From: Neocallimastix sp. 'constans'
Taxonomy: Eukaryota
Assembly: GCA_050613775.1 (NCBI GenBank)
Contig: JBODTK010000152.1
Coordinates: 372,001 to 414,205, forward strand
DNA: 42,205 nucleotides
Reading direction: 5' to 3'
The position numbers and the translations under genes were made by a program. This document shows positions 13,351 through 26,291 of the stretch, piece by piece; the first letter of the stretch is position 1; each line of letters starts with the position of its first letter. The notes beneath the pieces are model-generated. The model saw only the letters and a list, made by a program, of their open reading frames with translations. It had not been told where the DNA came from and ran no database searches.

Positions 13351-16300
13351 AACAAATATATATATAAAAATATATTTATAATTAACTAATAAAGTATTAA
13401 TTTTTTTTTTTTTTTTTTAATTTTAAAATAATGATAATGATAATAATAAATAGAAAATTAATGATTTTAGATTTTCAAGTGATGGATCTGTCGTAGTTGC
13501 TGGTTATGAAGACGGGCATGTTAGATTTTATGATATTAATAGTTGCTCAAATATTCATGATTTTGTTCCCCACAATTTAGAACCAATTTCTTCTGTTATG
13601 TTTGTTAATGCTAAGAATCAATCTTTAGATTTGTTATTAATTACAGCATCAAATCAAAATAATGAAATCAAATTATGGAATATCAACGATATGAGTTTAA
13701 TTCAAACTATTATCCTTAAGCATACAAATAAAACACCTGAATTTGATTTTAATATACTTGAATATAATAGTCAGCATCAAGTTTTAGTGATGTCTAATGT
13801 TTCTCGTTTATCTATCATGTTTTCACATATTAAAAATTTAAAATCAGTATCTCATCCAGAACCAGATTCCTATGAAAAAGATATTATTAATAATAATGAA
13901 GATGGTGTTGATATTTCAAATGTAGAATTTGAAGAAATTAAAGAATTCAAAATTAATGATCCAATTATTAATTACATTGTTGATCCAAATATTGACCCAT
14001 TATTTAATAATGAAAATGAAAACGTTTCATTATATTGTATTTCTTCTGAAGAAATTTATCAATATGTTATTAATATGAATGGAGATAATAATTTACCAAA
14101 TAAAAAATTAACTGAAGAAAAGAAGATTATGAATATTAGCCAAATTGAATCTAAAAGTCCAATCCCAGTAGAAGAAGTAAAAGATAAATCATTATCATCC
14201 AATATCGAAAAAAATCATAATTCCAATGATTTATTATATTTCTTAACTTCATCACAAAAGGAAGCCAATAAAAATTCTTCTAATGAATTATTAAAATTAA
14301 TCAAAGAAGGTAGTAATTCTAGTAATACGATTCCACCAAAACCAGTTCAAGAAGCAAGTAATTATCCTTCATCAGTTGTTTCTACACCAATAAACTCACA
14401 CTTAGATACTAAATTTGAAACTTCTACCACTAGTGATATATTCCAAACCATTTCAGATCTTAATAATACTAATAACTTACTAAAAATATTTGAATCTAAT
14501 TCTAATACTAGTAATCCAGCATCACCAAAGATTGTTGACTCTAGTAGAAAATCAAGTATCGTTTCTAATACAATTTCTTCAGTTGAAATGAAAACCAACA
14601 ATAGTGATATTATCTGTAAGGTAGATAATGTTAAATCAACCAATGAAAGTTTAAATGTATCACAATCCCAACTCAATGATGAATTAAATAAATTGGAAGC
14701 TAATTTAACCTCAAAAATGAATGAGATGTTAACAAAACAAAATATGCATTATGGTAAAATATTTATATTATGAAAAAAAAAAAAAACTTTTTTTTAATAA
14801 ATCGATAATAATTAATGTTATAATATTAAAATAACATACTGATTAGTAAAAAAAAATAAAATAAAATAAAATAAAATAAAATAAGAATTATTAAATCATT
14901 GAGATATATATATAATATTTTTTTTTTCTTTTATAACAAAATATAATAGAAAAACTTTTAGCTTACGAAAAGAAGAAGCGTTTAGAAGCCGAGCAAAAGA
15001 ATAGAGAATACATTACAAAAACTATTAAAGATGATATTAAACATCTTTCATCTGATTCCATAGAGCAAGCTATTACTAGAGAAATTAAAAACAATGTTGT
15101 ACCAAATTTAACTAACACTATTAATCAAACAATAAATCAACAATTAAATAAGCAAGTTGAAAATGCTATCAACAAGGTATTATGAATTATTAAAAAAAAA
15201 TAATAATAATAAAAAATAAATAAATAAAAAATAAAAAAAAAAAAGATAAAAGATAAAATGATTGACAAAATATATATAGATATATATATATATATATGAA
15301 TATTTTATAAATACTAATGAATTATTATTATATTTATTAATTAAAATTTTATAATTTTTATTTTTATTATTATAATGATTTTAATAAATCGATATTACTT
15401 AAAATAAATAATAATATTGAATATATATATTATTATATTATAGAATATAAGGAAAATAAGTGAAAAAATTTCTCAAAATATTTCGAAACCACCACTTTCT
15501 GATAACTTTAAGGAAGCCGTCAGTGATATAATTAAACCAGTTGTTAATGATACTATTAAAGATCTTTTCACTAATTATTTAATGACTGACTTCCAAAAAA
15601 CTATAAATTATTTAATTTTACAAATTAATGAAACCATACAAAATGAAGTTACTAAAAGTAAGTATATTTATAATATATCATTATTATTATTACATATAAT
15701 ATTTATATATTATATATATATGTATATAACATAATCTTATATATATATTAAATATAATTATTTTTAGCTATAAAAACTGAAAGTATGAATAATATGGCTT
15801 CTCGTAGTGCTGAATTTGATCAAATTTACAAGCAAATGACTTCAATTAATACACAAATTCAAAATATGCAACAAAATGTAACTTTAAATAAACAAAAAAT
15901 AATAATAATAATAAAAATAAGAAAAATAGAAATAAAAATAAGAAAAAATTAATAATGATTCTAATAATTTTCTTTTGTATTTTAAAAATTAAAATATCAT
16001 TTATATTAAAATAAAAATTATTGAATAAAAAAAATTAATAATAATTTAAATTAAATTATATATATATTTTATTTTTATATTAACAAATTAGATAACTATG
16101 AAAGCTACACCAGAAAGAACTAATTCTTTCACTATAAACACTCCAACTGTGATCCCGGCTGCTTATGTTAATGCTATTAATACTACTATGGCTACATCAC
16201 CAATAAAAATGAATTTCAGAAATAGTAATAATGATAAGAATCTTGTTGGAGTAAGAAGTACTGATAACTATGAAACGATTTCAATTAACTCTTCATCTAT

Positions 16301-16754
16301 GAATATTCCTAATGGTAGAAAAAGTAATGAATTTGAATATGCAGAAATTGATCGTTTAATTAGGGAAGAAAAGTTTGAAGAAATCTTTACTAATGTAATT
16401 ATATTATTATTTTATAATTAAAAAAAAATAACATTAATATTATTAATTTATTTTATTTCATTATTATTTCATCATTATTAAAATTTTTCATGCTTATATA
16501 TATATATATATATTTAATAATATATTATTTATAGATATTAAAATCAGATAATGAAGAGGAGTTACGATATGTTTGTTCTAAACTTAATCCAAATAAACTC
16601 TTAATTGATTCTAGTAATAAATATTTAAGTCAAATTGTTATTATTGCTTTAATTAAACAATTAAGTGATAATCTTAGTTTGAATGCTACCTGGAGAATTG
16701 AATGGCTTCGTTGTTCATTCCTTGTAAATACTATTAGGATTGTTATTACTATTA

Positions 16755-16803
<49 letters not shown>

Positions 16804-17156
16804 AAAATATATATATATATAAGTAAATTAAATATTAATTAGATTATTTCTTTATATTTGTTATTAGGTATTGAATATTAATGATGAATATATCAAAGAT
16901 ATTTGTCCAAACATTTTAAAGGAAGCTTCAGAAAAGTAAATTATAATTTTATATTGATATAAAATAATTTAATAATAAATATTTAAAAGATTCATAAGAT
17001 ATTAATTTTTTTTTTTAAATAATAACATAATAATATATTAGAATGATAAGCTTTACAAATGAAGTAAGGAAAGTTCAACCACAAAGTAAAATTATTGATG
17101 ATATGAATACCCTAGTTGGTGCTTTCTTATTTTCACTTAACAATAGCAAACAATAA
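11636..17156 (+). CDS. EDC4: Enhancer of mRNA decapping 4 (EDC4/Ge-1/Varicose/Pdc1-like), WD40 plus helical C-terminus, multi-exon
   Basis: Spliced WD40 entry GKEIAVNNNYICYISKNKNIRIIHQESGDFRLFKGHEQKIIDI (~12700-12830) and DFSSDGSVVVAGYEDGHVRFY. C-terminal LSQIVIIALIKQLSDNL..WRIEWL..LNINDEYIKD matches the Ge-1/EDC4 C-terminal block LSQ.VLLSLIQQL..DL. Stop TAA at 17154-17156. Confidence 0.82.
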
Positions 17157-17202
17157 AAAAAATTCACAAAATAATATAAAAATTTAGAATATAGAATAAA
17201 AA

Positions 17203-17203
17203 A

Positions 17204-17261
<58 letters not shown>
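17203..17261. repeat. (AAT)n microsatellite in the EDC4 3' region
   Basis: Perfect AAT run, followed by a long poly-A at ~17302-17354. Confidence 0.9.
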
Positions 17262-17266
<5 letters not shown>

Positions 17267-17299
17267 AAATAAATTAAAAGCCAAAATATTTATATTTCA

Positions 17300-17359
<60 letters not shown>

Positions 17360-18029
17360 TATCTATATATCAATACAATTGAAAAACTGAAATTCATTAT
17401 GATATGTTTTTTAAATAATTTCTTTTTTCATAATGTAATAAAAAAAAAAAAAAAAATAGAAATATTAAAATATAATATAAAATAAAAAAATAATATTCTT
17501 CATTAATGTTAGATAATAATAGATAATAAAATGTATAATTAAAAAAAAAAAAAAAAAAAAAAAAAAGTGTATTGTTATCATTGTATTTATTATTTATATC
17601 AATTTATAAATTTATATATATGTATATATATATATATAATATAAAAAATTATGATAATAATAAAATTATAGTAATTATTAAAATTTAAAAAAATAAAATA
17701 AAAATGAAAAATAAATTCTAATAATTATAGTAAATAAAAATTATTAGTTTTATTTTTTATTTTTACTGAAAGAAATAAAATATTAAAAAAAGAAAAAAAA
17801 AAAAAAATTAATAAAAGAAAATAATCTCAATTCACTTTATAATACCAATAATTACTTTTAAATTTTCTCTTTACTTTATTTTTTATTATAATCTTTGTTT
17901 ATAAAATAGATACTAATTTTGACAATATTTGCTTTATAGCAATTGGAACGTAAGGTGCTTTTAAGCTTTTTAAAAGCTTTTCGTAATTTATGATACTGAG
18001 TAAATTGATCTAAATAAGCATTCATCGAA

Positions 18030-19550
18030 GGTTCTTTTTCAAATGAATGGAACTCTGCATCTAATGTTTCTATTCCAAAAAAAAAAAAAAAAGGGAGATC
18101 TTTCTAATTGTATTAATTATAGAGGTATCTCTCTTATCGATGTCGGTCTTACAATTCTAACGAAAATAGTCACGGACAGAATTTCTAAATATGCTTTTGA
18201 ACATAGTTTTATTAAACCTGAACAGTTTAGTTTTCTCAATCATAAAGAATATATCAGTTTCAACATTTCTATTAAAGAAATTTGTCAAAGAAGAAAATTT
18301 AAAGGTAAATTCACATATGATATGTAGCTTTTCTTGATCTGAAAAAAGCCTACGACTCTCTTCCCATTTTCACCATTCTTACAAAAATCTTTCACCTTGG
18401 TATCCGTGACAAATGTTTTGATTTCATTTCTAAGCTCTATCTTACATCTAAAGCTAGAGCTCGTTACCTTGATATATTATCAAATGAATTTCCTATTCAT
18501 CGTGGTGTTAGACAAGGTTGCCCGTTATCACCAATTTTGTTTAATTTATTCATTAATGATATTTTAAGCATTTGTGATATATATGGTGTTAGTATTGGTA
18601 ATAAATAATGTGGTGGTCTTTTTGCTGATGATATTGTTCTTATAACGCCTAGTGAAAGAAAAATGAAGGCTCTACTTCGTCATGTCTTTTTTTTTTGGAC
18701 TAATAAAATTGAAATGTCCTTTGGTTTCAATAAATGTGCTACAATGGTTGTTATTAAATCCTTAAATTTTGTTTCATATCCTGGTTATGAAGAACCTACA
18801 TTTCACCTTGGTATGTATTCTGTCCCTAAAGAATTTGTGTATATTTACTTAGGTATCTCTTTCAGTAATGATCTTTCCCTTGAGTCTATTATCATTTATA
18901 TGAATACTAATATTTGAAAATCCTTATTTTCTTTCTCTAGTTTTTATCCAATAATAAAGTTCCATTAACTTTTAAAAGATCTATTATTCAATAATATATT
19001 ATTAGCAAAGCATTATATTTTGCTCCACTCTTAGGTTCAAACAAAAACAATTCTAAGAATGTACAATCTTTAATTAACACTGCATTGTTATGGTGTATTG
19101 ATTCTGACTCCCCGAACAAGGAAGATTATCTTAATATTGAAAAGAAAAAAAAATGTAAAAATTATATCAAAAGGAACTCAACGGTTATTGTTTATGCCTT
19201 ATCTCGTGATCTTCAAGTATTTCCAATTGCTTGCTTTTGTGCTTCTCTTCAAATAAAATGCTTTTATAAATGGAAAAACTCTAAATGTATAATTAAAAAT
19301 CTCATAAACCATATCCCTTCCATGCCACGTTATTTTTGGTCAAAAAAATCACTTGTACTCTACAAGAAAATTAAGAAAAAGAATATCACTAAATTTAAAG
19401 ATGTTATTGAATCATACTGGTCTGATGTTGATTAATTCTAAGAAATCAAAGGAACAAATTACGATAACTTCAAATTTATAAATACTAGAAATTTATTCAA
19501 GCCTAGCCTTAAATACCCTCATTTAAATTTAGATTTTAACTGGATCATGT
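18030..19550 (+). mobile_element. Degenerate non-LTR (LINE-like) retrotransposon, RT-domain fragment, truncated at both ends
   Basis: Across frameshifts and stops: EWNSAS.VSIPKK..GDLSNCINYRGISLI, FLDLKKAYDSLP, HRGVRQGCPLSPILFNLFINDI, LFADDIVL, FNKCATM, YIYLGISF. No endonuclease domain or C-terminal Zn knuckle is visible. Confidence 0.93.
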
Positions 19551-19929
19551 TACTACACATAGTATACAACACACCGAAATTTTTTTAACTTTTGAACCTA
19601 TATTTATCCTTTATTACATTAAATTTTCTATGATTAATTAAAATTTGTTTATTTTTAATTTTTTTTTTTTTTTTTTGTAGTTGTTTTACTTAAACTTTTA
19701 CATACATTTTTTTTTTTACATTTAATTTATAATGTATATTTTTTATTATTAATGTAATACATAAAAATATTTTAATCTATTTAATAAAGCACTGTAAGTG
19801 TATTCTCTTCCTAGTCTAAAAAAAAAAAAAAAAAATCACAAATTATTCCATTAAAAAATGTATCAAATAAGAAATATTAAAAATATTAAAAATAAGCTTT
19901 AATAAAAATAAATATATATATATATATTT

Positions 19930-20430
19930 AGACTAGAAAGAGAATTTGAGAATCTTTGAATATTCCTGATAATTCAGAGAATGATTTTAAAAATAACATT
20001 AATCTTTATGTATTATATCACCTTCATGACAGAAATGCAGTATTTGAATCAATATTGATCATATCAGGGAGAAGATGTCATTTTATTAAAGATATTTTTC
20101 AATCATCTTTGAGAGAATTTTTATTTCCTGATTTAACATTTTATGAAGCTTACAAAATACCTTACTAATGTTATGCCAAATTTTGATTAATGATCTTTTT
20201 CACTAAGATAAATTTTATATACTAATAGGCTTATATTCCTTGTGAAGAGCGTCGATTAATTAAATCCATCCTTCTCTTGTTCTTTTGTCCATTTAATTTT
20301 TGGAGTATGATTTGTTGAAACGTTAAGGCAAAAAAAGAAATTCTGATATAGATTCAAATGATAATATTAATCCTTAAAAAAATATCAATGATAAATGGGA
20401 AGAGTTAGAGGTCCTTTCGTCCTCGAAAAT
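19930..20430 (+). pseudogene. Decayed coding-like fragment of unknown origin (possibly transposon-derived)
   Basis: GC content above flanks, starts after an acceptor-like tttag, includes the 70-aa ORF 19956-20168 and is then broken by stops. No recognisable motif. Confidence 0.3.
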
Positions 20431-20691
20431 TCATAATTATATAATTTATTTACTATTAATATAATAATATCGTGCAACTTCTTCTCCTTATTTTTATTTT
20501 TTTTTTTTTTTTTTTTTTAATTTATAAATATTTAATTTTATATTTTATTTTATTTAATATTTTGCCTTCAATTATTATTTAAAAGGTTTACATATTTATA
20601 TAAATTAAATTTAATAATATTCAGTACTAAAAAAAAGGACTAAAATATTAAATATTATTCAATTTTTAATATATACATTAATATTTTTTAT

Positions 20692-20744
<53 letters not shown>

Positions 20745-21532
20745 GTATATATATAATATAATAAAGTAAAAAAAATTAAATAAAAAAAATTTTTTATGAT
20801 AATTTTTTAGTCATTTGGAATACATCTAATTATAAAATATTAAATATTTATAAACATAACAAAAAAAATATAAACTATTGTTTATTAATTTATTGTTTCT
20901 TCTAAAAACGTAAAAATATATATAGATAGATTTCTTTAATACATTTAATATAAAGTTGAAGTTTCAAATAAAATATTAAACCTTTTTTGTTCTTTTGTTC
21001 TATATTTTCAGGCACCATTTATTATAGAAATATTCAATTGTAATCATATAGAAGGAAAGAAAAATATATTATATTATTATTAAATAAAATAGAGTTTTTT
21101 ATTTAATTTATGTGTCCATTTGTATTAAAATTTCTTTATTTATAATTATTTTTTTTTATAATAGAGTTAAAATTTATCTATTAATGAGTATAGTATATCA
21201 TTCAGTTTTAATAGTCAATTCAAATCAATGAGGTTCAAAAATTATCCAAACGAAGTTATGATATGACATTTTTAAAGATAATAACCTTGTTTATTTAATA
21301 TAATGCATTTTTTAATGTTTATTATATAGTTATCATTAAACAAAATATTAAAAAAAAGATAAAAAATTTAAAATTAGTACTATATAATTAAATAATTTAT
21401 ATCATACATAAATAAAAAATAAGAAAATAAGATTATATTAATAATTTTTATATATTATAAATTATATGTTTTTATATTTTATTCATCTACATCTTTCCTA
21501 ATAAATATAAATATTTATTAAACCTTATAATT

Positions 21533-21567
<35 letters not shown>

Positions 21568-21762
21568 CTATACTATATGGAATGCAAATAATAATTTTAA
21601 ATTAATTTTTACTATCATTTGATATAACGGCATGCTGTAAAAAAAAAAAAAAGACCAATTTTAATTTATTTATTAATATAGACAAATAAGGAGAGCTAAT
21701 TAATTATTTTAATAATAATAAAAAAGTCTATTAGTTATCCTTAGCTGAACCTCAATAATTGC

Positions 21763-21799
<37 letters not shown>

Positions 21800-22254
21800 A
21801 CTTATTAATAATATTGAAATTAACTCAAAATTGAGTAAATTTTAGTTTAAATAATTGTATTATTAAAAATAAACCATTTTATTTTATTCAGTATTAAAAC
21901 TTTTATTTTTATTTAATTATTATTTTTTATATATATTATATTTTATATATAATTATTACAAATTTATATTATGATATTATTATCATCATTTATATATTTA
22001 TTTTTATTTTATAAATATTTAATGAAATAAATCGAAATAAATAAGTATATTCCTTTTTCTTTATTTTAATATATTCATATATAAGTGATCATTTTTTTGT
22101 TTTACTATGCTTTTATAATATTCTCTTTTTTTTTTTTTTTTTTTGATATAAAGTGTACTATTTTAATTATATATTTTTTTAATAGATATACAAATTACAC
22201 CCATATCAGACATAGTTTTTTCATAGTTTCAAGAAGTACTATTGAAAAGTAGAC

Positions 22255-22392
22255 TTATTTACCACTAGATTTATCTCTTGGTTGCATAATATTAATTTTA
22301 GCTTGATTGTTCTTAATACTATTATACTTTGTATCTAAATTGCTTTTTTGACCTTTCTGGTATGGAAAATTAACTTTGGCAAGACTTGGCAT
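22255..22392 (-). CDS. 45-aa microprotein, similar to the DAP/DAPL1 C-terminus
   Basis: Uninterrupted ORF MPSLAKVNFPYQKGQKSNLDTKYNSIKNNQAKINIMQPRDKSSGK* with AAA-ATG context and exon-like GC in very AT-rich flanks. The FP..K....D...I.QPR pattern resembles the DAP family end (DFP..HQKP..D..IQQPRK). Confidence 0.6.
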   Translation of the reverse strand: MPSLAKVNFPYQKGQKSNLDTKYNSIKNNQAKINIMQPRDKSSGK

Positions 22393-22525
22393 TTTGACTA
22401 TTATAGTTTTATTTTTAAAGGAGTTTATTCACTTTAATTTTATTTTTTCTTTTTTTTTTTTTTTGTATGTATTTATTAAGTATTGATCTTGTTCTTGTTA
22501 TATAGATTATTTATTATAATAATTG

Positions 22526-22560
<35 letters not shown>

Positions 22561-23542
22561 TTTTTCTTTCTTTTATACTAAATATTTAAATGTACATTAG
22601 ATATAATTATTTAAAGTTTTTATTTTTAATTATAATAAATTTTTTTTTAATTAGCTATTAGCTAAATAAGGAAAAATATAATATAAAATTAGACAATTAT
22701 AATTTAAAACAAAAAAAAAAATTGAAAGAACAAATTTATAATTAATATTATAAAAAAAAATAGAAAAAAAAATAAGAATAATTAAAACTTTAAATATTAT
22801 TTTATTAAATTCAATTATTATTTTTTATTAAAAAATATTTTTTTTTTTAATAAAATGTATATAGCGTCATTTCTGATTTTTATTTTAAACTTTTAATTTT
22901 AAAAAAAAAAAAATGTTACAATTTCACTTTATATATATTACAATATATTTTAACGTTATATAATTTATTTTAAAATTCAAAAACATAAAATTATTAAAAG
23001 CTTTCAAAAATATATTAAAAAAAAAAATAAAAAAAAATAAAAAAAATAAAACTTTATACATATTCTTAAGCATTATTAAAAACTGAAATAGACAATAAAT
23101 AAAACTAATATAAATATAAATAATATATATATAAATATAAACAATAATAAACAGTAATAATCAAAATATAAATAAAAATATATTATATTATATAGTATAA
23201 GATTTGATTAAAATTGGTATTTAGAGTAAATTAGTAACTATAAATTTAAACTGATTAATTATTGATTTATTTGTTTAAATATAATTAGTAAAATATTATT
23301 TAAAGTTAAAAAATATTGTTTAGAATTATAGGATTAGATTAGGAAATTATATAAAACTATATAACTATATTGACCCTATGCTTGTCAAATTCAACAAATT
23401 TAAGAATTTTTTTTTATAAAATATATATAATTATAATAAATGTAATTTTCATTTATGAATGTTAGGTTAAACAACGTAAAATCTATAAGTTTCTCAAAAT
23501 GAGAATAGAAAATTATTTATATTTATAATTAATAAACAAATT

Positions 23543-23580
<38 letters not shown>

Positions 23581-24777
23581 GGATAATGCTCATTTACTGT
23601 AAAATCATTTTATAAAAATTATTTTAAATAAAAATGGTAAAGCGTTTATATATTCTTTAAAAAAAAGAATAATAAAATACATAATCAATATAATAATACT
23701 ACAAATGAATATTCTATATTTAAATCATATTCTTATATTACTCAATATTTATCTATTAAACTTTTATTATTACATTATATTTTATTAAATTTAAGCTTGT
23801 ATTATTATTTTATATTTTTATTCAATTTAAATATTTATATATTTATTTTTTGTTTAATTGTTTTGTCTTTTATAATGTATATATATACATATATATATAC
23901 ATATATACATTTATTATATTAAAATATATTTTTTAAATAATCCTTTTATTTATTCCAAAGTTATTAGTGTTCAATAATCCATTAGTATATAGTACATATT
24001 TACATATTTAATATTATATATATTTTGTTATGGTATGAAAAGTTTTAAATGCTTTCTAAATGTTATATATATATATATATATATATTATATATTAAAAAT
24101 TGATAATAATTTATTTCATATTTTATAAAAACGTCTTTCACAATATTGAAAAAAAAAAAAAAAAAGAATATATTAAAAACTGATAATAATTTATTTCATC
24201 TTATTAAATATGAAAGTCTATATATATGTATATATGTAAAATAAAATAAAAAAAAATAAATATATAAATATATAAAAATAAATTATAATATATGTGTATT
24301 TAAATTTACTAATTAAAAATGTCTTTCACATCATTAAAAAAAAAAATAAAAAAAAAAAAGCATATTAAAATTTTCAAGTAAAATTATTAATTTTTTATAA
24401 ATTTAATTATAATAAATAATTGAAATTATAGATTGTACAACTAAACTTTAAATGTCTGTATTAGAAGAAATGTCTACAGAAATATAGAAAATTTTATAAA
24501 TTCTTCCTTAATTTTATTATTTTATTAATACTTCATTAATATTAGAATATATATAATAAGTAAAAAAAATTTTTTTTTTTTCACAGCTGTAATTATTGCG
24601 ACTTTAACTTTATATATTTATTTATTAATTATATAAATATATATATATTTTTTTATAAAATAACATTTATTTATTCATTTATTAATTTATTAATTACATA
24701 AATACTTTTTCTTTTATAAAAAAAAAGCACACATAAATAAAAGTATTATTCAAAATTGAATGTATAAATAATTTCAG

Positions 24778-24950
24778 AAAAAAGTTCATATGCTTGAACC
24801 TCGCCTCCAAGATTATAAGATTAAAAGAATTCTTTTACCGGATTAGGGTTTGAGTTGACTTTCTGAAAGAAATTATGGTCTTCTCCTTCAGAGGCATTGG
24901 CCCTGCTAGTCTGTCTTATTGCGATTTCAGCGATGACTCTCCTAGTAAAA
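24778..24950 (-). other. Structured GC-enriched island: retroelement 3'-end fragment or ncRNA
   Basis: On the minus strand: an 11-bp stem with two G-U pairs (24882-24892/24862-24872), GCCUC/GAGGC long-range pairing, AAACCCUAA at 24851-24843, and a terminal hairpin followed by U6. One minus frame is also open for ~40 codons (TRRVIAEIAIRQTSRANASEG..). Confidence 0.45.
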
Positions 24951-25026
24951 ATTCATGATTTTTTATTTTATTATAATATATATGTTAAGTAATTTTATTA
25001 TTCATTTTAAAGTACTAAAAATTTTA

Positions 25027-25135
<109 letters not shown>

Positions 25136-25745
25136 CATTAAAAAGTATGAAAAATTAAAAAATAATAGATAAAAATAATTTATATAAATTGAACTATATC
25201 AAATCTTAATATTAATAAAAAATTTTTTTTAAAAAAACTTGCTCTCCAATAATATATGAATTAATATAAATTTATACATGAATATTTCTATTTTAAAATT
25301 TTGATATGAACAAATAAAAACCAGTCATTTCCTTTTTAAATACTATTAAGGGAAAATATTTGGTAAAAAAAAAATATATTTTATTTAAAAATTTATTTAT
25401 AATATTTTTAATAAAATTTCAGAATTTTAATTAGTAGTTAAAATCAAATCTTTATAAATACAATTAATAAAATATAAAATATTACACGAAATTTATATTA
25501 TTTATTTTTTAATTATATATATATATATATATATATTATTTATTTATTTATTTATTTACTATAATCATTAATTTGTTAATTTTTCATTAATATGTATTTT
25601 ATTTTTATTTATACCTATATTTTTTTTCATTTGTATCATATATATTGTTGATTTAAATAGTAAGTCGTAATATTTTTATTTTATTTTTTTTTTATTCTAT
25701 TATTCTATTATATATATAATAATTTTTTTTTTTTTTGTTATATTT

Positions 25746-25776
<31 letters not shown>

Positions 25777-26291
25777 TAATTTCTTTATAAATAAAAATTA
25801 TAAATTATATTTAAATAAGAAAAAATCATAATTTTAATAATATATATTATTAGTATTATTATGAAATTATGTTTTATAATAATATTATTATAAAACATAA
25901 TTTCTTGATAAATATGAATTATATTTAAATTATAAAAAAAAAATAATAAAAAATAATCATAATTTTAATAATATAAAATATGATTTATATTTAAATAATT
26001 TTTCTATTATTACGAAAAAATTAATAATTACTATTTTTTTTTTTTTTTTTTTGCTTCATATATATATTTTTATGGTTTATCATTATGTAATTATATTTAT
26101 ATATTTAATGTTTTATCAAATATATTATGATGCTTTATTATTTGAATATATATATATATATATATTGTTTTTTTGTTTGTTTTGTTTCGTTTTATTAAAT
26201 TAATAAAAATAAAGGAAAAAAATTAAAATTAAGAGTAAATAAAATTATAATGAATATAGAATTGATTTTGAAAATATTTATTAATAACAGT

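Noticed and set aside
14362..14676. Antisense ORFs inside real exons (also 2745-2927, 7510-7707, 8932-9114, 9414-9620, 35492-35809)
   Set aside because: Shadows of the coding strand with no independent motifs.
17075..17284. Poly-Ile, YLFI-repeat and Phe/Ile/Tyr-rich ORFs (also 24955-25158, 27575-27835, 29872-30066, 37527-37792, 41792-42016)
   Set aside because: Translations of microsatellites or AT-rich intronic and intergenic DNA.
24785..24830. tRNA-like segment on the minus strand (CTTATAA..GGTTCAAG)
   Set aside because: No T-stem, acceptor stem or D-arm pairing.
24828..24845. U5 snRNA loop-like CTTTTACC
   Set aside because: Lacks the invariant GCCUUUUAC and the enclosing stem.
24925..24946. 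Helitron 3' end (CTAG preceded by a hairpin)
   Set aside because: The upstream hairpin is weak and no matching 5' TC terminus can be identified.
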